From the IMG/VR virus record IMGVR_UViG_3300037483_001239, positions 1-61,985 of that record: a stretch of 61,985 nt of DNA; one strand, written 5' to 3'. The position numbers and the translations under genes were made by a program. This DNA is from a virus. Taxonomy: Duplodnaviria; Caudoviricetes. Positions 9,673-18,097 of this stretch are shown one piece after another (the first letter of the stretch is position 1; the number at the start of each line of letters is the position of its first letter). The notes beneath the pieces were generated by a model. It was given only the letters and a program-made list of their open reading frames with translations. It was not told the DNA's origin and searched no databases.

Positions 9673-11168
9673 GTGAGTTCTTCCGAGGAGTACAGTGGGC
9701 GTCGACAGAGGCGAAGGCCATTTGGGAGCTGAGGATTCAAGCCGCGGCGAGTGCATGGAACCAGCTCGAGTCGTTGTCGGTGACGGCGGGGATCCGAGAC
9801 TCCGCACTCTTCTCGATGACCACGAAAGAGCTGGTTGCAGCAGCGCGAGCGGTCGGAGAGCACGGGCTGGAGATCACCGTCGTGGATGAAACCCTGCTCA
9901 GCGGAACGTATCAGTCCGCGACTCCCGAAGTCGGGTCTCCGGGTCTCCGCGTCGCGGTACACCGTCGGGGGCTCGGTCACTTCTGGCATGACGCCTGGAT
10001 ACGGGGAGACAACGACCGTATCGGACAGATGTTGGGGTTCCCCAAGTGCTGTCGGGGGTTCTTCGACCGGGTTTGGACGGGGGACCGTCTCCGAGATACA
10101 ACCTCCTCGATGGGAGGGCCGATCGTCGGGGGCTTGGGAAATATCCTCCTCCGTTGGATCGGGGTCCGCCTCGTTCCTCATCTCCCGTGTTCGTTCTCCT
10201 GTCCGGAGACTCTCCGTCTCGCAGAACGTTTCCTCGAACTGGGAAAGGCCTCCGGCCTCGCCCCGGAGATGGCCGCGATGGAACAGCTCCTCGCACTGCC
10301 CATGACCTACTCCGCGCTGCACGGAATCGGGCTCGTCGAGACCCCGTTCTTCCGTTTCGGCTTCTCCACGGACTGGACTCCTGACGAGCAGAGGATTGTC
10401 ATCGCTGAAGGGTTCGAACCGAGGCCATTTGCCACTGAGGAGGTGGTGCCCGAGCCCCTTCCTCAGCACCCGTGGGAGGACAACGGCTTCGCCCTGAACA
10501 GCGCGATGGGCGAGGCCCATACCGTTGTCACGAGAGCGTTTCAGGGGAAGCCCGCTGATCTCGCGATCGACCTGGGGTGTGGAGACGGCACCCTCCTGAA
10601 CACGTTGAGGATGGCCGGGCTGATCCGGAACGGAATCGGGATCGACTCGGACGCAGGGAGGATCGAGCGCGGACGCGGGAGGTACCCGGATCTGTCACTG
10701 TTCCCGTTGTCGATTCAGGACTGGGCGCGAAAAGGGGAAGAGGCGATCGGAGACGTCGTCGTCCTCTTCATGCCGGGACGACTCGAAGAGATGGCGACGG
10801 AAGACGCGGAGAGGGTCCTCGAACGTCTTCGCAGGATGCCACGGGTGATCTTGTACTGCTACCAGAAGCCGGTGCTCGGTGCCCGAGCGAAGCTGATCGG
10901 GGCGAAGACCCTCTTCGCGTTCGAGAAGGCTGGGTTCGAGGCGGCGCCGGTTGACCGATGGGAGGATCCCCCTCCCTGTGAGACGAAGACGTGTCAGGGG
11001 ACGGCGTGCGGGACTCCCGCATATCTTCCCCACCATCACGATTCAGTTGGGGAACCTCCGCACGGCACAGTAGGGGCGGTCTGTCCGAACTGTGGGAAGA
11101 ACCCGAATCCTACGGGAGCCATCTGCCTCGAGTGCCTTAGTCCGGAGGAGGAGGAGCCCCATGCATGA
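9669..11168 (+). CDS. DUF483-like domain + class I SAM methyltransferase + Cys-rich tail
   Basis: LGFPKCC and HLPCSFSC motifs; IDLGCGDG..GIDSD motif I/II; terminal CxxC pairs. Confidence 0.65.
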   Translation: MSEFFRGVQWASTEAKAIWELRIQAAASAWNQLESLSVTAGIRDSALFSMTTKELVAAARAVGEHGLEITVVDETLLSGTYQSATPEVGSPGLRVAVHRRGLGHFWHDAWIRGDNDRIGQMLGFPKCCRGFFDRVWTGDRLRDTTSSMGGPIVGGLGNILLRWIGVRLVPHLPCSFSCPETLRLAERFLELGKASGLAPEMAAMEQLLALPMTYSALHGIGLVETPFFRFGFSTDWTPDEQRIVIAEGFEPRPFATEEVVPEPLPQHPWEDNGFALNSAMGEAHTVVTRAFQGKPADLAIDLGCGDGTLLNTLRMAGLIRNGIGIDSDAGRIERGRGRYPDLSLFPLSIQDWARKGEEAIGDVVVLFMPGRLEEMATEDAERVLERLRRMPRVILYCYQKPVLGARAKLIGAKTLFAFEKAGFEAAPVDRWEDPPPCETKTCQGTACGTPAYLPHHHDSVGEPPHGTVGAVCPNCGKNPNPTGAICLECLSPEEEEPHA

Positions 11169-11550
11169 GGCGGAAACGCCGTGGCGGATCGAACACCTCG
11201 GCCACTTTGCCTGGTTCCAGAGGTCGTTTCTTGCCGGGGACTTCGCTCCTGGGAAGATCCCTCTCGGGAACTATGTGATTGTCAACGGCCGGGCGATGGA
11301 CCCGGGAGAAACCCCGGTCTGCGGGACGTGTGGAGAAGTCCCCCGAGTCGAAGACCTCGAGCCTGTCGACCACGCGACGGAGGACCGTGGATTCTTGGAT
11401 CGTTTCCGGCGGGGCCTCGTCCCGTGGAAGCGGGCAGGTCGGACGGATCCATCCACCTGTTGGTGGTGCAACTTCCCTGGTCCTCTCGTCGTGGATCAGG
11501 GCCCGGTCAAGCTCTGCGCGGGATGCGCGGCGCATCTGAAGGAGTATTGA
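11161..11550 (+). CDS. Hypothetical Zn-binding protein
   Basis: GAGGAG RBS; CGTC, CWWC, CAGC. Confidence 0.6.
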   Translation: MHEAETPWRIEHLGHFAWFQRSFLAGDFAPGKIPLGNYVIVNGRAMDPGETPVCGTCGEVPRVEDLEPVDHATEDRGFLDRFRRGLVPWKRAGRTDPSTCWWCNFPGPLVVDQGPVKLCAGCAAHLKEY

Positions 11551-11552
11551 TC

Positions 11553-12134
11553 ATGGCCTGGACGATTCCAAAGACGTGGACGGCGGGCGAGACCGTCACG
11601 TCGTCGATGATGAACACGCACATCCGGGACAATCTGAACGTCCTCAAGACCAACATCGCCGACGACGGGACTATCATCGCTCCACGGACGCTGAGTTCTC
11701 AGAGTGGGGCGGTTAACAACGTCGGAGCAGGTGAGACGACGTTGTTTACGTATACCGTCCCCGCGGGGCAGTTGTCCGCGAACGGGCAGAGGCTCAAGCT
11801 GATTGCGACGGGTGTCCACGCCGCAACAGCGAATACGAAGCTTTTCAAGCTCTACTTCGGTGCTGCAGTCGTCGCCATGCTCGCGAACGCGTTCAACTCG
11901 GCCGCCGGCAACTGGTGGTTCGAGGCCGTGGTCACGCGGGTCGGGGCGACCTCACAGACGATGTGGAGCGCGTTCAAGGAGTGGCAGACCGCCTCCGCGA
12001 ACGTGGCGAGCTACGATCCACGAGTCAACGGAACGGAGACGTTGTCGGGTACGGTCGTCGCGAAGATCACAGGGCAGTCGGCCAGCGACGGGCATTTGAC
12101 GGGTACGGAGTTCGCGGTGGAGTTCTGGCCGTGA
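11553..12134 (+). CDS. Tail fibre/receptor-binding-like protein (MAWTxPxTW paralog 3)
   Basis: MAWTIPKTWTAGE..MNTHIRDN; beta-rich C-terminal domain. Confidence 0.7.
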   Translation: MAWTIPKTWTAGETVTSSMMNTHIRDNLNVLKTNIADDGTIIAPRTLSSQSGAVNNVGAGETTLFTYTVPAGQLSANGQRLKLIATGVHAATANTKLFKLYFGAAVVAMLANAFNSAAGNWWFEAVVTRVGATSQTMWSAFKEWQTASANVASYDPRVNGTETLSGTVVAKITGQSASDGHLTGTEFAVEFWP

Positions 12135-12478
12135 TCATCGCTCTGACAACGAACCAAGGGTTCGAGAGCTTCCAGCTCTGGTGGCATGCCCTGATCTTCG
12201 GCGGGAGGGGAACCGACATCGAGAACGCGCTGATGAAAAAGCTGTCCCGGCTCAGCCGGCCCGGTCCTGATCGACAATCTCGCGTTCTCCTCCGTCCGTG
12301 TGAGGTTGTCCTCTCCGACGTGGAACGGGCGACTCTCCTCGGGTGCTTTGCCCGGACCACCTGGCAGCAGGATCGATTCCAGGATGTGGAGAGGGCGGTA
12401 GCTCTCTTCGGGGGGAGAGTCGAGAGGAAGGCTACCGCCGGACGAGCTGATCCGGGTGGTATTGTAGCGGGAAGGTAG
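12131..12478 (+). CDS. Hypothetical protein
   Basis: GTGA overlap with the previous gene; last + strand gene of the tail module. Confidence 0.5.
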   Translation: MIIALTTNQGFESFQLWWHALIFGGRGTDIENALMKKLSRLSRPGPDRQSRVLLRPCEVVLSDVERATLLGCFARTTWQQDRFQDVERAVALFGGRVERKATAGRADPGGIVAGR

Positions 12479-12800
12479 CGACTCCACCATCGAGACGATG
12501 AACCATGCGGGTGGGATACCCGCAGTGAGAGCACTCTCCTTCTCCGTGGACCAGCCCCCATCAGAACGTCGATCCTAGGAGGAAGCCGATCATCCCTGCT
12601 AGGAAGAGGGTGCTCCCACATCCGACGCAGAGGATCCCGTTTCCGTCCTTACTCACCCGGGGCGGCAGGAACTTCTCGAGGTAGGCGGAAGGCGCTCCTT
12701 TGACATCCTCTGGCGTGCACGGAGGAAAGGGCAGGTCCTTGAGCGTGGCGACGTTCACGTTAGGGTCGGCGTCAGAGCCGTAGGCATCTTCGAGGTTCAT
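12432..12800 (-). pseudogene. Zn-finger protein interrupted by an in-frame TGA (12561-12563)
   Basis: CVGC..GSTF*WGLVHGEGECSHC..; frame stays open to TAG at 12432. Confidence 0.6.
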
Positions 12801-13147
12801 CCTCGTCCCTCCGACACCTTCGGGGCCTTTGTCTCCCCGAGAATGAACTCCACGTCGATGACGCTCCCGCTGGTCAGCTCCGACCAGTGTTCGGCGACGT
12901 ATCGGTGAGCCCATCGCATGGTGCGGGCGGCTGCGCTCCAGTCGTAGGGGTCGTACTGACACCCCCCAGCTCCACCTTCTAGTCGACCGAAGAGGACCAG
13001 CGGCTGGTCGAAGCCGTAGCCCGCACGGCGGAGTAGGAACGCCTCCGCGTCGAAGGTCTCGGCACCGCTGCGGAGCGGCGTCATCAGGATCCCGAAGCAC
13101 GGGATGAACGTGGCACGGTCGCGGACTTCGAACAGTTTGGTCTCCAT
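12797..13147 (-). CDS. Hypothetical protein
   Basis: Strong GGAGGAGG RBS; ATGA overlap downstream. Confidence 0.7.
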   Translation of the reverse strand: METKLFEVRDRATFIPCFGILMTPLRSGAETFDAEAFLLRRAGYGFDQPLVLFGRLEGGAGGCQYDPYDWSAAARTMRWAHRYVAEHWSELTSGSVIDVEFILGETKAPKVSEGRG

Positions 13148-13159
13148 GAGTCCTCCTCC

Positions 13160-13360
13160 TCAATTGAACATGATCAGTGTCGGGCCCCTCTTATACGCGA
13201 TGCAGACGGGCGCTGACCGGGTACGTCGAACAACGAGATTGATGATCGGATCGCCGTTGACCCCCTGATGGATCGAGACGTGTGCTTGCGGGGATTCCAG
13301 GCACGCAACAACCTGAACAGGGCGCACTGCTTTCGGCCGGTTCATGTTCACCCGGAGCAT
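13160..13360 (-). CDS. Hypothetical protein
   Basis: RBS and operon packing. Confidence 0.45.
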   Translation of the reverse strand: MLRVNMNRPKAVRPVQVVACLESPQAHVSIHQGVNGDPIINLVVRRTRSAPVCIAYKRGPTLIMFN

Positions 13361-13361
13361 G

Positions 13362-13523
13362 TCAGTTCTCCTTCCCCTTCCATGCAGCCGTGACGAGCAC
13401 GGCGCCAACGGCCGCGATGAGCGCGGTCGGTTCGGCGTTGTTAATGTAGTTGTTGTCCATGTACGTGTAGACGCCGACGAACATGAGCATCCCAACGCCG
13501 ACTGCCAGTACCAGCTTCCGCAT
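13362..13523 (-). CDS. Small two-TM membrane protein
   Basis: MRKLVLAVGVGMLMFVGVY..ALIAAVGAVLVTAAWK; AGGAGG RBS. Confidence 0.55.
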   Translation of the reverse strand: MRKLVLAVGVGMLMFVGVYTYMDNNYINNAEPTALIAAVGAVLVTAAWKGKEN

Positions 13524-13535
13524 TGTCAAACCCTC

Positions 13536-13874
13536 CTATCGAACGATGACCGGGGCAACCTGTCGGACGCGCCTTCCCGGGATATGAAGTACGCGGACGG
13601 TTCGGTCCCGCCTGCCCCATCGACGGGCTTCGCGGCATCCACCGACGAAGACGTCCACATGCCGCCCCTTGACCTTCCCTCCAACGTCATGGACCATCCT
13701 CTCACCGAGTCCCTCGATCTCGATGATCGAGCCGATGGGCAGGACGGTCGGATCTGCGGCCACCGTGAACTCGACGACCGGCTGCGTCCCGGACCTCGTG
13801 GGGTTCCCGTGAACCACGTCGCAGCCTACGGCATACGCGGTGACAATGAACATGGCCTCAGCTAATGGCATCAT
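13536..13874 (-). CDS. 3D-domain (MltA-like) cell-wall lytic protein
   Basis: VTAY..TRSG..VAADP..LPIGS..DVGGKVKGRHVDVF. Confidence 0.85.
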   Translation of the reverse strand: MMPLAEAMFIVTAYAVGCDVVHGNPTRSGTQPVVEFTVAADPTVLPIGSIIEIEGLGERMVHDVGGKVKGRHVDVFVGGCREARRWGRRDRTVRVLHIPGRRVRQVAPVIVR

Positions 13875-14104
13875 CTTCCTTTCGTGTATCGCCGAGCAAC
13901 GCCTCGCCAGTACTCGGCGGCTCGTGCGTAGCTCCACGAGAGAAGGGAGAGGTTGTTCGCCGCTGCGGCTTTGCAGAGGCTGCGGTAGTGATGGTGTAGC
14001 GCCGCCGCCTTCCCCGCGAAGTGGGTGTCTAGCTTGCTCGCGATGAACGCTGCGAAGCGAGGGTCGCCGAACCCTTCTGGAAGTGTCTGGCTAGGGTCGT
14101 CCAT
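13871..14104 (-). CDS. Hypothetical protein, probably leaderless
   Basis: ATG 6 nt after a consensus -10 box. Confidence 0.55.
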   Translation of the reverse strand: MDDPSQTLPEGFGDPRFAAFIASKLDTHFAGKAAALHHHYRSLCKAAAANNLSLLSWSYARAAEYWRGVARRYTKGR

Positions 14105-14110
14105 GGATCT

Positions 14111-14139
14111 ATTGTACAGTATTTGACCTAGCAGGTCAA
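14111..14139 (-). promoter_or_regulatory. Sigma70-type promoter with overlapping palindromic operator
   Basis: TTGACC-17-TACAAT; inverted repeat TTGACC-N5-GGTCAA at 14123-14139. Confidence 0.75.
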
Positions 14140-14173
14140 CGGCCGTCCTGTCTCCTGTAGGATGTCTTCCCAG

Positions 14174-14524
14174 CTACAGAGGGGTCCCGCCCCGTCGCCC
14201 AGCAAAGAAGTCCTCTGCCTGGTGGATCCGCTTGCGAATCTCGTAGTATGTCATTCCCAAGCGAGCGGCAGCGGCCTTCATCCCTTCCTGGCGGATGCGA
14301 GAGACCTGGTCTTCCGTGAAGTGAGGGTGGTTGCGCCGACGCCCACCTCGTTCGCGAAGCCGGACCTTGCACCGGGCGAGTGCGGTGCGAATCGCCTGTT
14401 TGCTGACGCCGAACTTCTGCGAGAGCTGGGGGAGGGAGAATTGTCGAGTGGTGTAGAGGTTCACCCACATCGCGGCTTCGGTGGGGAACTTAAGACGCTT
14501 CGCGACCTGGTCCCAGGCGATCAT
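14174..14524 (-). CDS. HTH DNA-binding protein
   Basis: FSLPQLSQKFGVSKQAIRTAL and AAAARLGMT HTH-like segments. Confidence 0.65.
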   Translation of the reverse strand: MIAWDQVAKRLKFPTEAAMWVNLYTTRQFSLPQLSQKFGVSKQAIRTALARCKVRLRERGGRRRNHPHFTEDQVSRIRQEGMKAAAARLGMTYYEIRKRIHQAEDFFAGRRGGTPL

Positions 14525-14538
14525 GACAATTCCCCTTC

Positions 14539-15273
14539 TTAGTACTGCCCTAGGTGCTGGCGCAGTGCCTGGATGTTGACCTGGATGAGGTGAGCACGGG
14601 CCTGGTCGATGGACTCGACGTTGAGGAGGTCGGCGGAAGAGACGGGCATGCCACGGAGCGAGAACCCGTCATCCATGATCCGGCCGAGAAGCCCGGCCTT
14701 GAACGGCTTTCCTGTGTCGATGGACAGGTTGAGCCGGGGGAACTGATCTGCGATCCATGCCCAGGCGTCGACCTCGTGGAAGGAGGACATCCCGAGAAGG
14801 TGGAAGCGGCGGCGACGCGTCCAGAGGTGTTGTTCGAAGAACCATTCCAGGCGAGAGCGCCGGAACGGAAGGCAGAGGAGGGAGGCAGTCGTCGTCTGTT
14901 CGAGGAAGTGTTCGCGTTCTTCGGGGGTGTCCCCAGCAAGGACGACTGCCGTGTTGAGGCCCAGATTGCGCTCGGCGAGGGCGTTGAACTGTTCTAGGGT
15001 CCAGGCTGGATCCTCCAGTTTGTCCGGGGCGATCACGTGCGTCGCGTTGACCCTTTCACACGCCTCGAGGAGGTCCAGGATCGGGAGGGAGACCCCTAGC
15101 TCGTGCATGGAGTTGTCGAGGATGAGTTCTCGATCCAACGAGCGGAGCCGGAAGAACTCAGCGTAGGCGCGATCCTCCAGGACCTTGTGTGCGAGGACGA
15201 AGTCCAGGTCGGTGAACGGTTGCCAGATTCTGAGGCTGGCCGCGGGGATCTCGAGCGCGAGTCGGATTGTCAT
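14539..15273 (-). CDS. TGT/DpdA-like TIM-barrel protein (candidate 7-deazaguanine insertion enzyme)
   Basis: LILDNS..E, VIAPD, FHLLG, SIDT motifs in TGT order; genome encodes folE/queD/queE/queC. Confidence 0.6.
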   Translation of the reverse strand: MTIRLALEIPAASLRIWQPFTDLDFVLAHKVLEDRAYAEFFRLRSLDRELILDNSMHELGVSLPILDLLEACERVNATHVIAPDKLEDPAWTLEQFNALAERNLGLNTAVVLAGDTPEEREHFLEQTTTASLLCLPFRRSRLEWFFEQHLWTRRRRFHLLGMSSFHEVDAWAWIADQFPRLNLSIDTGKPFKAGLLGRIMDDGFSLRGMPVSSADLLNVESIDQARAHLIQVNIQALRQHLGQY

Positions 15274-15470
15274 GGCTTGCGGATCCTTTCTCCTTCGGGG
15301 ATGGACGCCCTGATATCCGCGATCGCTGCCTGCTGTAGGCGTTCCACGATGTCGTTGAAGATCAGGCTGTTGTCCGACATGAACGAGTGGGTGTCGACGT
15401 CTTCGGACTGGAGGATCAAACGGATTCGGAGTCCACGGGTGTGGAGTCCACGTTCGGTCAGGGCCATCAT
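15270..15470 (-). CDS. Hypothetical protein
   Basis: AGGAG RBS, ATGA overlap. Confidence 0.5.
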   Translation of the reverse strand: MMALTERGLHTRGLRIRLILQSEDVDTHSFMSDNSLIFNDIVERLQQAAIADIRASIPEGERIRKP

Positions 15471-15478
15471 CTTTTCTC

Positions 15479-18097
15479 CTATTTCAGCCCGAGATGCTTC
15501 TCGAGCACAGCTCGTGCCGCCTTCATCTCAGCGTTCTTGGACTTCGTCATTGCCCAGTTCGTCCCGACGTGGATGTCGACTGGACAGAACCAGCCGGCGG
15601 GGTAGTACTTCCGAACGTTCTCGGGTCGGGCAGACGCCTGCACGATTCCCGGCCACTTCTGCTCCATGATGTCGCGGACGCAGATCCAGGTTTCCTTGGC
15701 GATGTCCTTCGGGGTGTTGATGACGACTTCGTCGTGGACGGTCAAGCGGAGGGTAGCGCCCTTCGGGAGTTGATCCTCGAGTTGGATGACTTCGTCGATC
15801 ATCATGTCGGCGGCGGTGCTGCTTGCCGGGAAGTTGTAGATCTCTGTGATTTCTCGAGTGAACCACCATCGGCGTCGCGCGAACGGATTCGCGAGGTAGT
15901 GGTTCTTGTTCACGAAGTCGGGGAGGCCCTCCCGCCAGTCATGGAAGACGGCAAACTTCGTGAAGAACTTGTAGATGAACTCCCGGACGAAGTCATAGTC
16001 CAGGTTGTGGCCGGCCGCGATTGAGTCCGCGCCTCGCCCGTAGCCCAGTCCATAGACAATGAACTTCGCGGCGTGACGTTCTGCATCAGTGACAATCGAG
16101 TCGAGGGATTCCTTGGTGTACTGCCGTCCGAGAGTCTCTGCGGCGACGGCTCTGTGATTGTCCACGCCGCTCGCGAGGAGTTCGAGACCGACGGGGTCGC
16201 CGGACAGGACCATGGCGACGCGCCATTCGATCTGGGAGGAGTCCCCGGAGAGGAGAATATGCTCGTCGTCGTCCGGTTCCCAGATCTCTCTCATTTCTTC
16301 CGGGACGTTCTGTGCGTTCGGATCTTGAGAGTTGAACCGCCCATTCGCGGCTTTGCTGACGCCAAAGCGAGGATGGAGCCACCCCTCTTCCCAGCCCTTC
16401 CGGACGAAGGTCGACGACATCTTCCGGAGGTTCCGGATCTCGACGATTGCCCCGAGGGCAGCATTGTCCGGGGACATCGCGGCAAGCGCCTCGATCGCGT
16501 CGGCATTTGCCGTTCTCCGCTGCCCCTTCTTCTTGTCCATCAGGTATTGGACGGGGAGTCCGAGCTTGTCGTAGAGGAGCGCCATCAACTGTTGAGGACT
16601 GTCGAGGTTGAGGTACGGGTCCCCGAGTCCATCCTTGAGGGTCGTCTCTAGGGCGTCGGCTCGAGCGTTAAGCCCGATCATCCAGAACTCTGCCTTCTCC
16701 TGGTTGATTTTCATCCCGCGCTGGGTCATTCGGAGGAGAGGGAGGTGAACGGGAAGAACATGCTTGTAGTACAGGTCAGTCATCCCGTACTTCGCGAGCT
16801 CCATCTTCAGGCCGTTTGCCGGATCATACGCAGCACGGTCGGTCCCGATCACATCCTTCCCGCAGACGGTGTAGATGTCGTCTCGGTAGTTCTCTCGCCC
16901 CTTCCAGTATTCCATGTCCGTATGGTTCGAGGCGATGAATGCGAGGTCCTTCTCCGCTCCGCGTGCACCTTGGTACGCCCCCTTGTTCTGGGAGGAGATT
17001 GAGGTCTGACCATAGGACGAGTTGCAGAGGTGGAAGGCGACCATCGTATCGAAGACTCTACTCCTCCAGAGCTCGGGGGTCACCCCCTTCGAGCCTTTCG
17101 CCTCCGCGAACGGGAGGTCGAAGTAGAGTATGTTCTGACCGCAGATCTCGATCCGAGGATCTCCAAGAATCTCATCAAAGAGCTGCTGAGCACCAAGGGT
17201 CCAATCGTACACGTAAGCCTTGTCTGGGCCCGGGGCAAAGCCGCACATCCGAATCGAATCAGACTGAGGGGAGAGACCAGTGGTCTCGAAGTCGAAGGTG
17301 CAGGCTCCCCGTGCTCTCGCAGCGCGGAGCAAATCATCTCGAGTAGATGTAAGGTCCGCACGACGGACAATCTCGAACGGTACGCGACGGATTTCTGGGA
17401 ACGTGCTTTCAACTGCCGCTCGAGCCATGTCGTGGACCGCGAACGGCCACCGGTGTTGAGCCCGCATGATGAAGGCGGGATGCCATGTCGGAAAGACCTT
17501 CCGGCCAAGGCCTTCGGTGGGGACACCTCGATAGAGGCCGATTCCTTTTTTCCCCGTGAGGACATTGAGTGGGATCTCCCCGAGGGCGAGGATCACATTT
17601 GCGGTAGAGGCCTCGAGCTCCACCGCGAGGAAGGGGGCGCAACACGCGATCTCGTGAGCCGTCGGAGTTCGGTTCCCTGGAGGTCGGCAATTAACACAGT
17701 TGTAGACCCGGACCGTTGCCCGTGGAATCCCTCCGTGCGCCATGATCACATTCAGGATCCGACCGGACCCGCCCTGGAACGGACCCATCTTCCCCGGGCG
17801 AAACATTGGGGTGTCCACCTCTTCCGCGCCTGGAGCTTCTCCGATTGCGAGGATCGTCGCGTCCTTCGGGCCTTTCGCTGGGACGATTCCAGGTTCCCTG
17901 AACAGCGTGCAAGCACGACAACTCTCCGGCTTCCCGAAGGGATTGTCATCGGTTCGTTCGGCGAGAGCCGGGGTACGGGGGATAGAGGCAAAGGCCAGTT
18001 GCCGCTGAGGGGCGACGTGCCCACACGGGAGGAAGGAAAGCCCCGCCATTCCAATGACCGGTTCACGGCAGACGGGACAGTTCCCGAGGGTAGTCAT
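15479..18097 (-). CDS. polA: Family A DNA polymerase with N-terminal family-4 UDG domain and 3'-5' exonuclease
   Basis: C..C.L, GEAPG, NCRPPGNRTP, TWHPA (UDG4); FDFETTG (exo I); DSSQIEWRV, RHAAKFIVYGLGYG, TVHDE (pol motifs A/B/C). Confidence 0.92.
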   Translation of the reverse strand: MTTLGNCPVCREPVIGMAGLSFLPCGHVAPQRQLAFASIPRTPALAERTDDNPFGKPESCRACTLFREPGIVPAKGPKDATILAIGEAPGAEEVDTPMFRPGKMGPFQGGSGRILNVIMAHGGIPRATVRVYNCVNCRPPGNRTPTAHEIACCAPFLAVELEASTANVILALGEIPLNVLTGKKGIGLYRGVPTEGLGRKVFPTWHPAFIMRAQHRWPFAVHDMARAAVESTFPEIRRVPFEIVRRADLTSTRDDLLRAARARGACTFDFETTGLSPQSDSIRMCGFAPGPDKAYVYDWTLGAQQLFDEILGDPRIEICGQNILYFDLPFAEAKGSKGVTPELWRSRVFDTMVAFHLCNSSYGQTSISSQNKGAYQGARGAEKDLAFIASNHTDMEYWKGRENYRDDIYTVCGKDVIGTDRAAYDPANGLKMELAKYGMTDLYYKHVLPVHLPLLRMTQRGMKINQEKAEFWMIGLNARADALETTLKDGLGDPYLNLDSPQQLMALLYDKLGLPVQYLMDKKKGQRRTANADAIEALAAMSPDNAALGAIVEIRNLRKMSSTFVRKGWEEGWLHPRFGVSKAANGRFNSQDPNAQNVPEEMREIWEPDDDEHILLSGDSSQIEWRVAMVLSGDPVGLELLASGVDNHRAVAAETLGRQYTKESLDSIVTDAERHAAKFIVYGLGYGRGADSIAAGHNLDYDFVREFIYKFFTKFAVFHDWREGLPDFVNKNHYLANPFARRRWWFTREITEIYNFPASSTAADMMIDEVIQLEDQLPKGATLRLTVHDEVVINTPKDIAKETWICVRDIMEQKWPGIVQASARPENVRKYYPAGWFCPVDIHVGTNWAMTKSKNAEMKAARAVLEKHLGLK

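Noticed and set aside
12561-12563. Genome-wide TGA reassignment or selenocysteine
   Set aside because: Many genes end in TGA with ATGA/GTGA overlaps, and the position is not one of the CxxC cysteines
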